DNA of 45,507 nucleotides, taken from assembly GCA_028704885.1 (NCBI GenBank), contig JAQWEN010000001.1:175172-220678 (forward strand). Reading direction: 5' to 3'. This DNA comes from Candidatus Shapirobacteria bacterium. GTDB lineage: Bacteria; Patescibacteriota; Microgenomatia; UBA12405. The translations under genes and the position numbers were made by a program. The notes beneath the pieces are model-generated. The model searched no databases. It was not told the origin of the DNA and saw nothing but the letters and a program-made list of their open reading frames with translations. The first letter of the stretch is position 1. Each line of letters begins with the position of its first letter. Shown here piece by piece: positions 1-9,740 of the stretch.

Positions 1-463
1 GGGTGATGTTTTGTTGGCTATAGTCAAAAATTTTTGTATTGGTGATTTTTTTTTGCAAAAGATTCGGATCTTTTTCGGTTTCTTTAAAATAGGCAATCAT
101 AACTGGAACCTTAATAAGACTGGCGGGAGAAAAATATTCATTAGCGTTAATACTGATCCAAGGTCCATTGTTTAAATCACGATAATAAATAGCTCCGAAA
201 CTAATTTTATGACTAGTAACTCCCTGATTGATGATAAATTCAATTTCTTTTTTTAGGGAGGTTAAGTTTTTATCTTGACTAATATTGGATTCTTCACATT
301 CAAGTAAAGGATTAATATATTGATAGTTGAAATTTTTGCGAATTTCTTTGGTAATTTTTTGATTAGTTTGGATGAAAATATAGGGAGAAGTAATAAGACC
401 GCCAATAAAGCTGAGCAAAACCAAAGATGAGGTAATAAAAGTTTTTTTAATTGGTAGATCCAT
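1..463 (-). CDS. Serine hydrolase, class A beta-lactamase-like (partial, runs off the left edge)
   Basis: Manual translation from ATG at 463: N-terminal hydrophobic segment, then YYRDLNNGPWISINANEYFSPASLIKVP with an SxxK motif (S-L-I-K at 121-110). Not in the ORF track because it is truncated. Confidence 0.75.
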   Translation of the reverse strand, partial: MDLPIKKTFITSSLVLLSFIGGLITSPYIFIQTNQKITKEIRKNFNYQYINPLLECEESNISQDKNLTSLKKEIEFIINQGVTSHKISFGAIYYRDLNNGPWISINANEYFSPASLIKVPVMIAYFKETEKDPNLLQKKITNTKIFDYSQQNIT

Positions 464-514
464 CAGTATAAATATAATAACATTTTAAAAGTACTTTTTG
501 TAGTAAAATAGCCT

Positions 515-2911
515 ATGGAAAATTTCAAGGAAATAGAAAATAAATGGAAGAAATTTTGGGAAGATAATGCCGGATTGTATCAAGCCAAGAATGATAGTGA
601 TAAAAAAAAGAAATATATTCTAGTGGAATTTCCTTATCCAAGTGGTAGTGGTTTACATGTAGGTCATGCTTTTAGTTTTACTGGTGGAGATGTGTATGCT
701 CGGTTTAAAAGAATGCAGGGAGAAAATGTGATGTTTCCGATGGGATGGGATGCTTTTGGATTGCCAACTGAAAACTATGCGATTAAGATGAAAAAAAAAC
801 CACAGCAAGTAACTAAGGAAAACACTGATATGTTTAGAAAACAAATGAAGGATTTGGCTTTTTCTTTTGATTGGAGTCGGGAAGTAAACACAACTGACCC
901 AAGTTACTATAAATGGACTCAATGGATTTTTATTCAATTATTTAATAAGGGTCTGGCTTATAAAAAAGAAATGCCAATTAATTGGTGTCCATCCTGCAAA
1001 ATTGGTTTGGCTAATGAAGAAGTGGTAGATGGAAAATGTGAGCGCTGCGGAGCGGAAGTGAGTCGAAGAAATATATCTCAATGGGTGGTTAAAATAACAG
1101 ACTATGCTGATAAATTAATTGAAGGTTTAAAGGAAACTAATTTTATAGATAAAGTTAAACAAGCACAGATTAATTGGATTGGAAAATCAGAAGGGGCGAA
1201 GATTAAATTTAAGATCTCAGATGTCAGTTCTCAGATTTCAGATCTGGAAGTGTTTACGACTAGACCAGATACATTGCCGGGAGTGACTTTTATGGTAGTA
1301 GCTCCAGAGCATCAATTAGTTGATCAGATTATCAGTTCGTCAGTTTTTCAGAAAGAAGAAATAGAAAATTATGTCAAAAATGCGAGAAAAAAGAGTGAGT
1401 TAGAAAGAACGGAACTTTCCAAAGATAAAACTGGAGTGTTCTCAGGATTATATGCCATCAATCCGGTTAACAATAAAGAAATCCCAATTTGGATAAGTGA
1501 TTTTGTCTTAGCCAGTTATGGAACTGGAGCAATTATGGCAGTGCCAGCTCATGATGAAAGAGACCATGCTTTTGCTAAAAAATTTGGGTTAACAATTGTG
1601 CCAGTGCTCAATAAGGAAGGTTGGGATTTTGAAAAAAAAGCTTTTACAGAAGTAGAAAAAGGGGAAGAATTTAATAAAATGTTAAATTGGGTTGAAGAAA
1701 AAGGTATTGGAGAGAGAACATCTTCGTATCATTTAAGAGATTGGATATTTTCAAGACAACATTATTGGGGTGAACCAATTCCAATGGTTAATTGTCCTAA
1801 ATGTGGCATGATTCCAGTCAAAGAAAGTGATTTACCAATTGTATTACCAGAAGTGGAGGCTTATGAACCAACTGATGACGGTCAAAGTCCTTTGTCGCAG
1901 ATGACTGATTGGGTTAACACGACTTGTCCAAAATGCGGCGGAGAAGCTAAGAGAGAAACTGATACGATGCCAAATTGGGCAGGTAGTGATTGGTACTTTT
2001 TGAGATATATTGATCCACATAATGATACAGTATTAGCTAGTCAAGAGTTAATGAAATACTGGAGTCCGGTTGACGTTTATATTGGTGGAGACGAGCATAA
2101 TGTGCTGCATTTGTTATATTCTCGATTTATTTATAAGTTTTTGTGGGATTTAGGTGTAGTACCAAAGGAATATCCAGAACCATATATTAAAAGATTGTCA
2201 CATGGAGTAATTTTGGGTCCTGATAATCAAAGAATGAGTAAATCGAAGGGTAATGTGATTGTGCCTGAGACAGTGGCGGATATTTATGGGGTTGATGTGG
2301 TGAGAATGTATTTAATGTTTATGGGGCCTTTTGATTCAACCATGGCTTGGAACGAAAAAACATTAATGGGAGTTAAAAGATATTTAGATAGGTTGGAAAA
2401 GTTTATAAATTCTCAGAAAGAGAATAATCTTGCTAGCAGTAAAGAAGTTAAAATGATAATAAATAAGCTAATTAATGGAGTTACCGAAGATTTAGAAGCT
2501 TTTAGATATAACACGGCTATTGCTAAAATGATGGAAGCGTTAAATAGCCTATCAGTTGGGCAGTCTATTAGTTTGTCAGATATTAAGACCTTAATAAAAT
2601 TACTGGCGCCATTTGCTCCATATATGGCTGAGGAATTATATAGTTTCTTTGAAAAGACATCGGTTCATGCGGCTTTATGGCCAGTGGCTGATCCAAAATT
2701 CCTAATAGGGGATGAAACTACTGTAATGGTATCGATTAATGGCAAGGTGAGAGATAAATTAATAATTAAGAATGAAGAATTAATAAATAAAGAAGAAATT
2801 TTAAGAAAAGCTAAAGGATTAGATAATATTAAAAAATGGATAGGTACGGGTGAGATAGTTAAAGAGGTATATGTACCAGGTAAAATGGTTAATTTGGTGA
2901 TAAAGTTATAG
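515..2911 (+). CDS. leuS: Leucine--tRNA ligase
   Basis: HIGH-like HVGH, KMSKS-like RMSKS, PMGWDAFGLPTEN and TTRPDT motifs, Zn-knuckle cysteines. Confidence 0.98.
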   Translation: MENFKEIENKWKKFWEDNAGLYQAKNDSDKKKKYILVEFPYPSGSGLHVGHAFSFTGGDVYARFKRMQGENVMFPMGWDAFGLPTENYAIKMKKKPQQVTKENTDMFRKQMKDLAFSFDWSREVNTTDPSYYKWTQWIFIQLFNKGLAYKKEMPINWCPSCKIGLANEEVVDGKCERCGAEVSRRNISQWVVKITDYADKLIEGLKETNFIDKVKQAQINWIGKSEGAKIKFKISDVSSQISDLEVFTTRPDTLPGVTFMVVAPEHQLVDQIISSSVFQKEEIENYVKNARKKSELERTELSKDKTGVFSGLYAINPVNNKEIPIWISDFVLASYGTGAIMAVPAHDERDHAFAKKFGLTIVPVLNKEGWDFEKKAFTEVEKGEEFNKMLNWVEEKGIGERTSSYHLRDWIFSRQHYWGEPIPMVNCPKCGMIPVKESDLPIVLPEVEAYEPTDDGQSPLSQMTDWVNTTCPKCGGEAKRETDTMPNWAGSDWYFLRYIDPHNDTVLASQELMKYWSPVDVYIGGDEHNVLHLLYSRFIYKFLWDLGVVPKEYPEPYIKRLSHGVILGPDNQRMSKSKGNVIVPETVADIYGVDVVRMYLMFMGPFDSTMAWNEKTLMGVKRYLDRLEKFINSQKENNLASSKEVKMIINKLINGVTEDLEAFRYNTAIAKMMEALNSLSVGQSISLSDIKTLIKLLAPFAPYMAEELYSFFEKTSVHAALWPVADPKFLIGDETTVMVSINGKVRDKLIIKNEELINKEEILRKAKGLDNIKKWIGTGEIVKEVYVPGKMVNLVIKL
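1212..1246 (+). repeat. Five heptamer units inside leuS
   Basis: AGATCTC AGATGTC AGTTCTC AGATTTC AGATCTG. The same core recurs at 8505 and 40714. Confidence 0.85.
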
Positions 2912-3020
2912 TTAAAGATATAGTTTAGTAAGTTTACTCAATATAATAGAGCAAAATATATCAAGCAGAAAGTAAAATTGACTGCTAATCAATATAAAAT
3001 TGGTTAAAAGATGGGAATAT

Positions 3021-4250
3021 ATGAATAAAATGAAAAGCTTTAAATTAAATAATGGAATCAGAGGGATAATCGTTCCAATGCCGGGTTTAAAGTCGGTAAC
3101 TATCGAGGTATTTTTAAAAATTGGTTCTAAATATGAAAATAAGGGTGAATTTGGTTTAAGTCACTTTTTGGAACACATGGCTTTCAAAGGAACAGAGAAA
3201 AGACCAACAGCTACAGATATAAATAGAGAAATTGACAGCAAAGGAGCCGGTTACAATGCTGGAACTGGGCACGAAATGACTTCTTATTATATAACTACGG
3301 TTAAAGAAAATGCTCCTTGGGCAATTGAATTAATTTCAGATATACTTTTCAATTCATTTTATGATGAAAAAGAGACGATAAAAGAGAGAGGAGTAATTAT
3401 GGAAGAAATCAAAATGTATCAAGATAATCCAATGATGGGATTAAGCGGTGAATTTACTAAGTTTTTATATGGGGGTTCTAAAATTGGCTGTTGGAATATA
3501 GCTGGCGAAGTGTCGGATATTAAAAATGTTGACCGAAAAACGATTGTTGATTATAGAAATAAATATATTAATCCAAAAGAAATAGTAGTGGTGGCTTGTG
3601 GAGACGTGGATAATGGGTTGGAAAAGGTAATTAGTGATAATTTTGGTGGTTTTTCTAAAGATGAATTAGGTTTACCTGAGGTGAAATTGGTTCTAAATAA
3701 AGAAAAGAACATGGTAATTAAAAAGGAATTGGAGCAAGGCCATTTTTGTATGGGTTTACCAGCTATAGGTTGGTCTGATAAACGAAAATATGCTTTAAAA
3801 TTATTAGATATAGCCTTGGATGGAAATAGTTCTTCTAGACTCTATACTAAAATTAGAGAGGAAAAAGCTTTGGCTTACTATGTGTCACCGGTGGGAGAGA
3901 TGTTTAAAGAGGGTGGTTATTGGGCAATTCAGTCGGGAGTGAATCTAGATAAGATAGAAGAGGCAATGGAAGTAGTAAGTAAAGAAATTGAAATCATAGC
4001 TAATTCCATTAAAGAAGATGAAATAAAGAGGGCTAAGGATTATCTTTTAGGTAAGATGAAGTTAGCAATGGACAAAACAGGCTTTGTTTCAGGATATGTG
4101 GGTCAGAAATTACTTTTGGAGAATAGTGAGGAGACATTAGAAGAGGAATTAAAAAAATATAGTGAAACTTCCTTAGAGGAAGTAAAGGATTTGGCCAAAG
4201 AGATATTTAAAAAGGAAGAAATTAGGACTTTAGTGTGTCATAACAGGTAA
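3021..4250 (+). CDS. M16 (pitrilysin/insulinase) family zinc peptidase
   Basis: HFLEHMAFKGT inverted zinc motif HxxEH, ERGVIMEEIKMY, SSRLYTKIREEKALAY. ATG at 3021 or 3030 is more likely than the TTG at 3000. Confidence 0.92.
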   Translation: MNKMKSFKLNNGIRGIIVPMPGLKSVTIEVFLKIGSKYENKGEFGLSHFLEHMAFKGTEKRPTATDINREIDSKGAGYNAGTGHEMTSYYITTVKENAPWAIELISDILFNSFYDEKETIKERGVIMEEIKMYQDNPMMGLSGEFTKFLYGGSKIGCWNIAGEVSDIKNVDRKTIVDYRNKYINPKEIVVVACGDVDNGLEKVISDNFGGFSKDELGLPEVKLVLNKEKNMVIKKELEQGHFCMGLPAIGWSDKRKYALKLLDIALDGNSSSRLYTKIREEKALAYYVSPVGEMFKEGGYWAIQSGVNLDKIEEAMEVVSKEIEIIANSIKEDEIKRAKDYLLGKMKLAMDKTGFVSGYVGQKLLLENSEETLEEELKKYSETSLEEVKDLAKEIFKKEEIRTLVCHNR

Positions 4251-4510
4251 ATATTATGACAATTAGCAATTGATTTCTTATCTGCTAAGATTATTTTCAT
4301 TTTATAATTGCTGGTTTTTTAGGCATTAAAAATATTTTTCGAGATATTAAAAAATATTTTTTAGAATGGTATTTTAGTATTTTTTGGGTAATTTTTAGAC
4401 TTGAAAATGATTTTAAATGATATATTAGATGTTTAGGTTGAAGGCTATTTTAAAGGATAAATTATCGATTTAAAAAGTTTAGTGATTTATTAATCTTATA
4501 ATGTATTTAA

Positions 4511-4676
4511 ATGCGGTAAATAAGCTGTATTAAAGTTATAAAAGATATATTTAGGTAGGTGTTTAATTTTATAGTAAATGCGGAGAATAAAATAATGAAA
4601 AATATCAGATGAATGTGCGGTGATTGTATAAAATAATGCGGAGAATATAATTATTAGCTTTAAATTATGCGGAGAA
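4511..4676 (+). repeat. Array of short direct repeats ATGCGGAGAA downstream of tRNA-Arg
   Basis: Exact copies at 4578, 4636 and 4667; variants ATGCGGTAAA at 4511 and GTGCGGTGAT at 4615, in an otherwise very AT-rich spacer. Confidence 0.6.
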
Positions 4677-4708
4677 AGGTGTGTAATCGGTCTAAAATGT
4701 ATGTTTTG

Positions 4709-4780
4709 TATCCCCACCAAGAATTGAACTTGGATTTACCACTTAGGAGGTGGTCGTTCTATCCGTTGAACTATGAGGAC
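4709..4780 (-). tRNA. tRNA-Arg (anticodon CCT)
   Basis: Reverse complement GTCCTCATAGTTCAACGGATAGAACGACCACCTCCTAAGTGGTAAATCCAAGTTCAATTCTTGGTGGGGATA folds as a cloverleaf; anticodon arm ACCAC-CTCCTAA-GTGGT; CCA not encoded. Confidence 0.93.
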
Positions 4781-4791
4781 ATATTAGTTTT

Positions 4792-4823
4792 TAGAACTTT
4801 AGAGCGTTAGAGCTTTAGGGTTT
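4792..4823 (+). repeat. Octamer tandem repeat (TAGAGCNT family) between the two tRNAs
   Basis: TAGAACTT TAGAGCGT TAGAGCTT TAGGGTTT; same family at 29667 and 30145. Confidence 0.75.
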
Positions 4824-4833
4824 TAAAAATTAG

Positions 4834-4907
4834 TCGGGGATACTGGATTCGAACCAGCAACCTCAGCGTCCCGAACGCTGCACGCTAGCCAATTGCGCCA
4901 ATCCCCG
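4834..4907 (-). tRNA. tRNA-Pro (anticodon CGG)
   Basis: Reverse complement CGGGGATTGGCGCAATTGGCTAGCGTGCAGCGTTCGGGACGCTGAGGTTGCTGGTTCGAATCCAGTATCCCCGA; anticodon arm CAGCG-TTCGGGA-CGCTG; GGTTCGAATCC T-arm. Confidence 0.95.
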
Positions 4908-5186
4908 AAAATAAAAGAACAAGTTAATTATAACTCATGATGTATAAAGTATATCTTTTACTTACTTTGATATTTTTACTGCTTTTCTATGGAAGTCTAT
5001 TTAGCAATATAAGTTTTAATTGCTAATGGCAAGAAAGAAAAGCTTTTATTGAAGACTATGGGGATAAATAAGAAAGGAATTAATATAAATGATGGTGGAT
5101 TACTTTTTAGTTAATTTAAGAACAAAATCAGAAATATAGGGATTAAAGACTTGACAGTTATTTTAAAAGACTTTAGACTGATTGAT

Positions 5187-5423
5187 ATGACAGATCATGA
5201 TAGAAATGTGAGAACCCTAATTTTATGTTTTGTGCTAGCAATAATGGCTTTATTACCTTTGAGAATTATAGAAGTTCGCCAGGATATACAAAGAGCATCT
5301 TCTACTCAAGTCTTAGGGGAAACGGTTCAACAAGAGTCTGTAGTGATATTGCCTAATGGGGAGTTGAATACTGACCAACTGAACTATGGTGATGAAATAA
5401 CGGAAAAAGATTTACTTTACTAA
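5187..5423 (+). CDS. Small single-pass membrane protein, unknown function
   Basis: One hydrophobic helix (TLILCFVLAIMALLPL). TTGACA(5151)-17 bp-TAGACT(5174) promoter just upstream favours ATG 5187 over the TTG at 5151. Confidence 0.6.
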   Translation: MTDHDRNVRTLILCFVLAIMALLPLRIIEVRQDIQRASSTQVLGETVQQESVVILPNGELNTDQLNYGDEITEKDLLY

Positions 5424-5440
5424 AAAAATAGCTTTGAATT

Positions 5441-6640
5441 TTACCTAATTGAGATAGAATAGAGATTCTCCTGGGCATTGCTGTAAGGGGCAATTAAAGT
5501 AACGATTTTACTGCCATCAAGCCAAGGATAAACTACATTTTTATTGAAATTACCAGCAAAAAGGGTAAGTTTATTAGTGTTGTCATATTCGACAGTTTGG
5601 ATTTTTTGGTCTTCAGTATAGATAAGATTGTAAGAATTAACCAACCAACTAAGATTTTGTAAGCTGGAATCGCCAATCCAGAAATTGGTATCGTCTTTAA
5701 TATCGTAAACATAATAATTATCTTTTTTAATGTCTCGGGATTGAATTTGGGTTGATTGAGCTGGAGGAGGAGAGATTAAATCCTTTTGAAGATTGGTGTC
5801 AATCTTGGCTAAATAAAGAAATTTGGTGTCATCATCACTAAAAAGAATATTCTTGGCTGAAGCAGTAGAAACGATAGCTTGGATTTCTTTAGGAATAAGA
5901 TTAAGTTTGGCTTTAATAATTTCCTCTTCTTGAATTTGCCATTCTTCTTTAATTAGGGTTAATTTTGGAGTAACGTCATATAAATTTTTATAATCAGTGG
6001 TGGCATCTAGATTAATAAGATAATTAGTATTATTACTGATATTTTTAGCTAAAATTTGTCGAGAATTAGGAGAAAAAGTAAATGTAAATTTAGACCAATC
6101 CAAGTTGGAGAGATTCGAACTTAATTGTCGGGCGATGTTTTTGGCTAAAAAATTGACATTATTGCTTAATTCAAGCAAATAAAGACCATTATCTTTAGTG
6201 GCTGAGGCTGAAGCAACAGAAAAAACAACTAGACTACCATCAGGACTGCCAGCTGGGTTAAGGGCGCCAGTTAAAGTTACAGGCTTAAGATCGGGAGCGG
6301 AACGGAATAATTGAGTATCGCTTTGATAAACTACCTCTTTTTTTATTTGAATATTTTTTTGCCAAGGTAAATAGCCATCTTTGACAATTTTAATAGTGTA
6401 TTCATCGGGGACAAGATTAATAGTGTCATCAGTAGCAGTAATTAGACGATCGTTAATATAGACAGAAGCGGCTTTGGGACGAGAAGTAGCAGAAATAATA
6501 CCAGTGGCTAAGAAACTTAATTTACCTTTGGTGGAGATTTTGTAACCTCTGGCAAAAAAAGAAATGGCAATAGTACCACCAATGATTAAAAGAACGACCA
6601 AAAAGATAATAGATAGGCTTTTTTTATCTGGAGTTGACAT
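5441..6640 (-). CDS. PEGA domain-containing membrane-anchored protein
   Basis: N-terminal TM helix; ATSRPKAASVYIND...YTIKIVKDGYLPWQKNIQI fits a PEGA domain; C-terminal propeller-like segments. Confidence 0.75.
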   Translation of the reverse strand: MSTPDKKSLSIIFLVVLLIIGGTIAISFFARGYKISTKGKLSFLATGIISATSRPKAASVYINDRLITATDDTINLVPDEYTIKIVKDGYLPWQKNIQIKKEVVYQSDTQLFRSAPDLKPVTLTGALNPAGSPDGSLVVFSVASASATKDNGLYLLELSNNVNFLAKNIARQLSSNLSNLDWSKFTFTFSPNSRQILAKNISNNTNYLINLDATTDYKNLYDVTPKLTLIKEEWQIQEEEIIKAKLNLIPKEIQAIVSTASAKNILFSDDDTKFLYLAKIDTNLQKDLISPPPAQSTQIQSRDIKKDNYYVYDIKDDTNFWIGDSSLQNLSWLVNSYNLIYTEDQKIQTVEYDNTNKLTLFAGNFNKNVVYPWLDGSKIVTLIAPYSNAQENLYSISIR

Positions 6641-6687
6641 GGTTATATTATAACTTAAATATGGGTCTATTAGGATATAATTGATTT

Positions 6688-7689
6688 ATGAATTTGTTTA
6701 AAAAGCTAGCAATTGATTTAGGGACAGCTAATAGTGTGGTTTGGGAAGCAGGAAAAGGGATTGTATTAAATGAACCAACAATTGTAGCCGTGGGAATTGA
6801 GGATAGAAAAGTATTAGCGGTAGGAAATGAAGCTAAAAAGATGTTGGGTAAAACCCCGGAATATATTGAAGTGATTCAACCATTGGAAGATGGAGTGATT
6901 GCTGATTATGAAGTAACCGAGGCGATGCTTCGTTATTTTATGAAGCAGGTAATGGGAAATAATTGGTTTATTGGTCCAGAGGTGATGGTCTGTGTGCCAG
7001 CGGGAGTGACTCAAGTGGAACAAAGAGCAGTAATAGATGCAACTTTATCAGCTGGGGCTAGAAAGGCCTATCTTATCGATGAACCTTTAGCAGCAGCAAT
7101 TGGGGCTAAAATCCCGGTGTCTGAAGCTTTTGGAAATATGATCGTTGATATTGGTGGTGGAGCAGCAGAAGCGGCAGTAATTGCTTTAGGAGGAGTGGTA
7201 ACTCATAAAAGTGTAAGAGTAGGGGGAAATAAACTTGATAAAGTAATTATGGATTTTTTAAAAAGGAAACATAGTTTAGTAATTGGTGATAATGCGGCGG
7301 AAGTGATTAAAATTCAGCTGGGAAGTGCGGTTAAGCCTAAAAAATTGGAAACAATGGAGATTAATGGCAGAGATTCGGTTTATGGATTGCCAAAAAATGT
7401 GACGATTAGTAACGATGAAGTTTATGAAGCTTTAAAACCAATTTTGGAATCGATAATTATGGTGATTAAAGATACTTTGGAAATTACTCCGCCAGAGTTG
7501 GTGGCGGATATTGTGGATCGAGGAATAGTTTTGAGTGGGGGATCGGCCCAATTAAGAGGTCTAAATATTTTGGTAACTCGAGAAATTGGGGTGTCGGCTC
7601 ATGTGGCAATTGAGCCACAATTTTGTGTGATTAGGGGAACAGGAATTGCAGTGGAAAATTTGGACATATATCAGCGAGCAATTAGGTGA
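6688..7689 (+). CDS. mreB: Rod shape-determining protein MreB/Mbl
   Basis: AIDLGTAN, PLEDGVIADY, EPLAAAIGA, DIGGGAAE, GIVLSGGSA. Confidence 0.93.
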   Translation: MNLFKKLAIDLGTANSVVWEAGKGIVLNEPTIVAVGIEDRKVLAVGNEAKKMLGKTPEYIEVIQPLEDGVIADYEVTEAMLRYFMKQVMGNNWFIGPEVMVCVPAGVTQVEQRAVIDATLSAGARKAYLIDEPLAAAIGAKIPVSEAFGNMIVDIGGGAAEAAVIALGGVVTHKSVRVGGNKLDKVIMDFLKRKHSLVIGDNAAEVIKIQLGSAVKPKKLETMEINGRDSVYGLPKNVTISNDEVYEALKPILESIIMVIKDTLEITPPELVADIVDRGIVLSGGSAQLRGLNILVTREIGVSAHVAIEPQFCVIRGTGIAVENLDIYQRAIR

Positions 7690-8036
7690 TATAGTTAAAA
7701 AATAAGGCTTATAAAAGTGTAATTTCTAGTTTATTTTTTCTGATTTTTTTATAGTTATGGGTTTAATTTTTAAAATTAAGATAATTAATAATTAAAAATT
7801 AATAATTAAGAATATTTTCCTTAAATAAGGAAATATAAAAGAGTAAAATATTTGTTCATATTATTAAATTTGGCCTTAAACTAATTATGATTATTTTGAC
7901 TTATAAGAGTAGAGTTTTAAAAGTGTGATATATTTAAAATAAATAACCTGTAAATTTTTGGTATAAGACGTAAATTTGACCAAAAAAATGATTTTTTTGA
8001 TGATAAAATTAATCAATAAGACTTATAAAATAAAAA

Positions 8037-8852
8037 ATGGAGCAAAAAAACAGCTTTGGAGCTAAAAAACGAGTAAGTTTTGATAAGGGTTTTATCCTTA
8101 CTTATTGGAAAATATTTAATATTTCACTATTTGGCAGAGGAATGAATGAAGTGCTAAAGATAGTCGAAGACTGGATTCAGTCTGAAGCTAAAAATAAATG
8201 GATAGCGACAGTTAATCCAGAGTTTGTAATGAAAGCCTTGGAAGATGATAATTTTCGACAGATTTTGAGTCAAACTGATTTGAATGTGGTGGATGGAGTA
8301 GGGTTACTTTGGGCCAGAGAAGTGGGTAATGGTAAGAACTGGTTTAAGGCAGGAATAGAAGTAATGATGGGAAAACATCGAGAAGGGTTGGTATCGGGGG
8401 CGGATTTGATGCCGGAATTATGTAAATTAGCTTTAAAAAAGGGATATAAAGTTTTCTTTTTAGGTGGATTTGGGGATAGAGCAGAAAGAACGGCGGAGTA
8501 TTTTAGATCTCAGATGTCAGATCTCAGATGTCAGTTTAGTGAAGGGGAACCGAAAATTAAGAATGAAGAGGTGTTAAAACAAATAAACAAATTTAAACCG
8601 GATATTTTGTTTGTGGCTTATGGAATGAAAAAACAAGAAGAATGGATTAAAAACAATAAAGATAAAGCTGACTTTGGGGTGGCAATTGGGGTAGGGAGAA
8701 GTTTTGACTATTATAGCGGGGATTTGAAGAGAGCACCAAAAATAATTAGAAAGATAGGAATGGAATGGTTATATTCACTTATAAAAGAACCAAAAAGACT
8801 TAAAAGACAGTTGGCGTTACCCAAATTTGTATGGAAGGTATTGATCAAATAA
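8037..8852 (+). CDS. WecB/TagA/CpsF family glycosyltransferase
   Basis: TVNPEF, VVDGVG, SGADL, PDILFVAYGMKKQEEW, GVGRSFDY, RAP, GMEWLYSLIKEPKR. Start position uncertain. Confidence 0.9.
   Translation: MEQKNSFGAKKRVSFDKGFILTYWKIFNISLFGRGMNEVLKIVEDWIQSEAKNKWIATVNPEFVMKALEDDNFRQILSQTDLNVVDGVGLLWAREVGNGKNWFKAGIEVMMGKHREGLVSGADLMPELCKLALKKGYKVFFLGGFGDRAERTAEYFRSQMSDLRCQFSEGEPKIKNEEVLKQINKFKPDILFVAYGMKKQEEWIKNNKDKADFGVAIGVGRSFDYYSGDLKRAPKIIRKIGMEWLYSLIKEPKRLKRQLALPKFVWKVLIK
8505..8534 (+). repeat. Heptamer repeat inside the WecB/TagA gene
   Basis: AGATCTCAGATGTC twice in perfect tandem, then AG; encodes RSQMSDLRCQ. Confidence 0.88.
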
Positions 8853-8870
8853 GTTTGTTATGTTGATGTT

Positions 8871-8910
8871 TGTCCTATAATCTTGACAGATTATTTTTTT
8901 GGGCTATAAT
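8871..8910 (+). promoter_or_regulatory. Sigma70-type promoter of orphan cassette A with TGTCCTATA box
   Basis: TTGACA 8883-8888, 16-bp spacer, TATAAT 8905-8910; box at 8871-8879. Confidence 0.75.
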
Positions 8911-9044
8911 CCGGGTGTTATTGTCGAAGCGACGATAATGGGCGAAGTTAGGTTAGGCACGCGTAAGCAAATGCACGATAAAAGCTAAGGCAAATGCAAG
9001 AAGCAGATAACAGTGCTAAGCACATTAAAAGGAGAGTGTAATTC

Positions 9045-9671
9045 ATGCATCATCTAAGGAAAGTCGCTGCAAAAATCGGATCACTTGACTTTAAAACGTG
9101 GGATAGAAGACGGGAATTTGCTGATTTGGTGGCAAAGTGCCGGGATGGTTATCAAGCCATATATCAGAACCCGAAGGGTAAATTATTCGAGATGGAGAAC
9201 TTTTTATTGGATGAAAACAGAACTGTCGGAAAATTAAACAGTGATGGATCGAAGATCTTTATTAAGGGTTGGATGAATGTCGTTAATGTTGACGGTTATT
9301 ATCAATTGTTTTCAATGAATGGGAATTTTGGTTTTTGTAATGGAAAAGGCAATCTTAGCCTCGAAGCTCACGCAAAAATCTGTAATAAAGCAAGATTAAA
9401 AGATCATCAGGGATTGATTCAATCATATCTGATTGATGACACAGAGAACGTGATCTACTTGGTGACAGAGTTTATTTTTTCCGGGAAACCTGAAGAACTG
9501 GACCTTTTCTATGGAACCAAAAAAATTCTTCTGGTCAAGGAGAGGCAGAAAGTTGGTTTTATTGATGATGGCAAATTATATGACGCCAATGAGATCAAGA
9601 AGATCTTTGGACCAACATCCATGTCGGCAATTATGATCAATCCTATGGCGGCAATGTATTTGTCAATTTGA
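9045..9671 (+). CDS. Orphan hypothetical protein (cassette A)
   Basis: 208-aa ORF with SD AAAAGGAG and its own promoter and terminator; no motif recognised. Confidence 0.75.
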   Translation: MHHLRKVAAKIGSLDFKTWDRRREFADLVAKCRDGYQAIYQNPKGKLFEMENFLLDENRTVGKLNSDGSKIFIKGWMNVVNVDGYYQLFSMNGNFGFCNGKGNLSLEAHAKICNKARLKDHQGLIQSYLIDDTENVIYLVTEFIFSGKPEELDLFYGTKKILLVKERQKVGFIDDGKLYDANEIKKIFGPTSMSAIMINPMAAMYLSI

Positions 9672-9691
9672 ATTATTCACTCGATCTTCCT

Positions 9692-9740
9692 AGAGCGTGG
9701 AACTATTTGCTTATAAAGCAAAATTCCACGCTCTTTTTTT
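9692..9740 (+). terminator. Two-tier intrinsic terminator
   Basis: AGAGCGTGGAA/TTCCACGCTCT outer stem, TTTGCTT/AAGCAAA inner stem, then a T run. Confidence 0.85.

Noticed and set aside
4496-4720. 74-aa - strand ORF
   Set aside because: It overlaps the tRNA-Arg 3' end, has no start signal and runs through the AT-rich repeat spacer.
7751-7815. AATTAAN heptamer runs (also 11814-11841) and 11-12 bp matches between AT-rich spacers
   Set aside because: Low complexity in an AT-rich genome; cannot be separated from chance without a null model.
9692-9740. Integron attC identity for the long cassette hairpins
   Set aside because: They lack RYYYAAC/GTTRRRY ends, end in terminator T runs, and no integron integrase is present. 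Kept only as an analogy.
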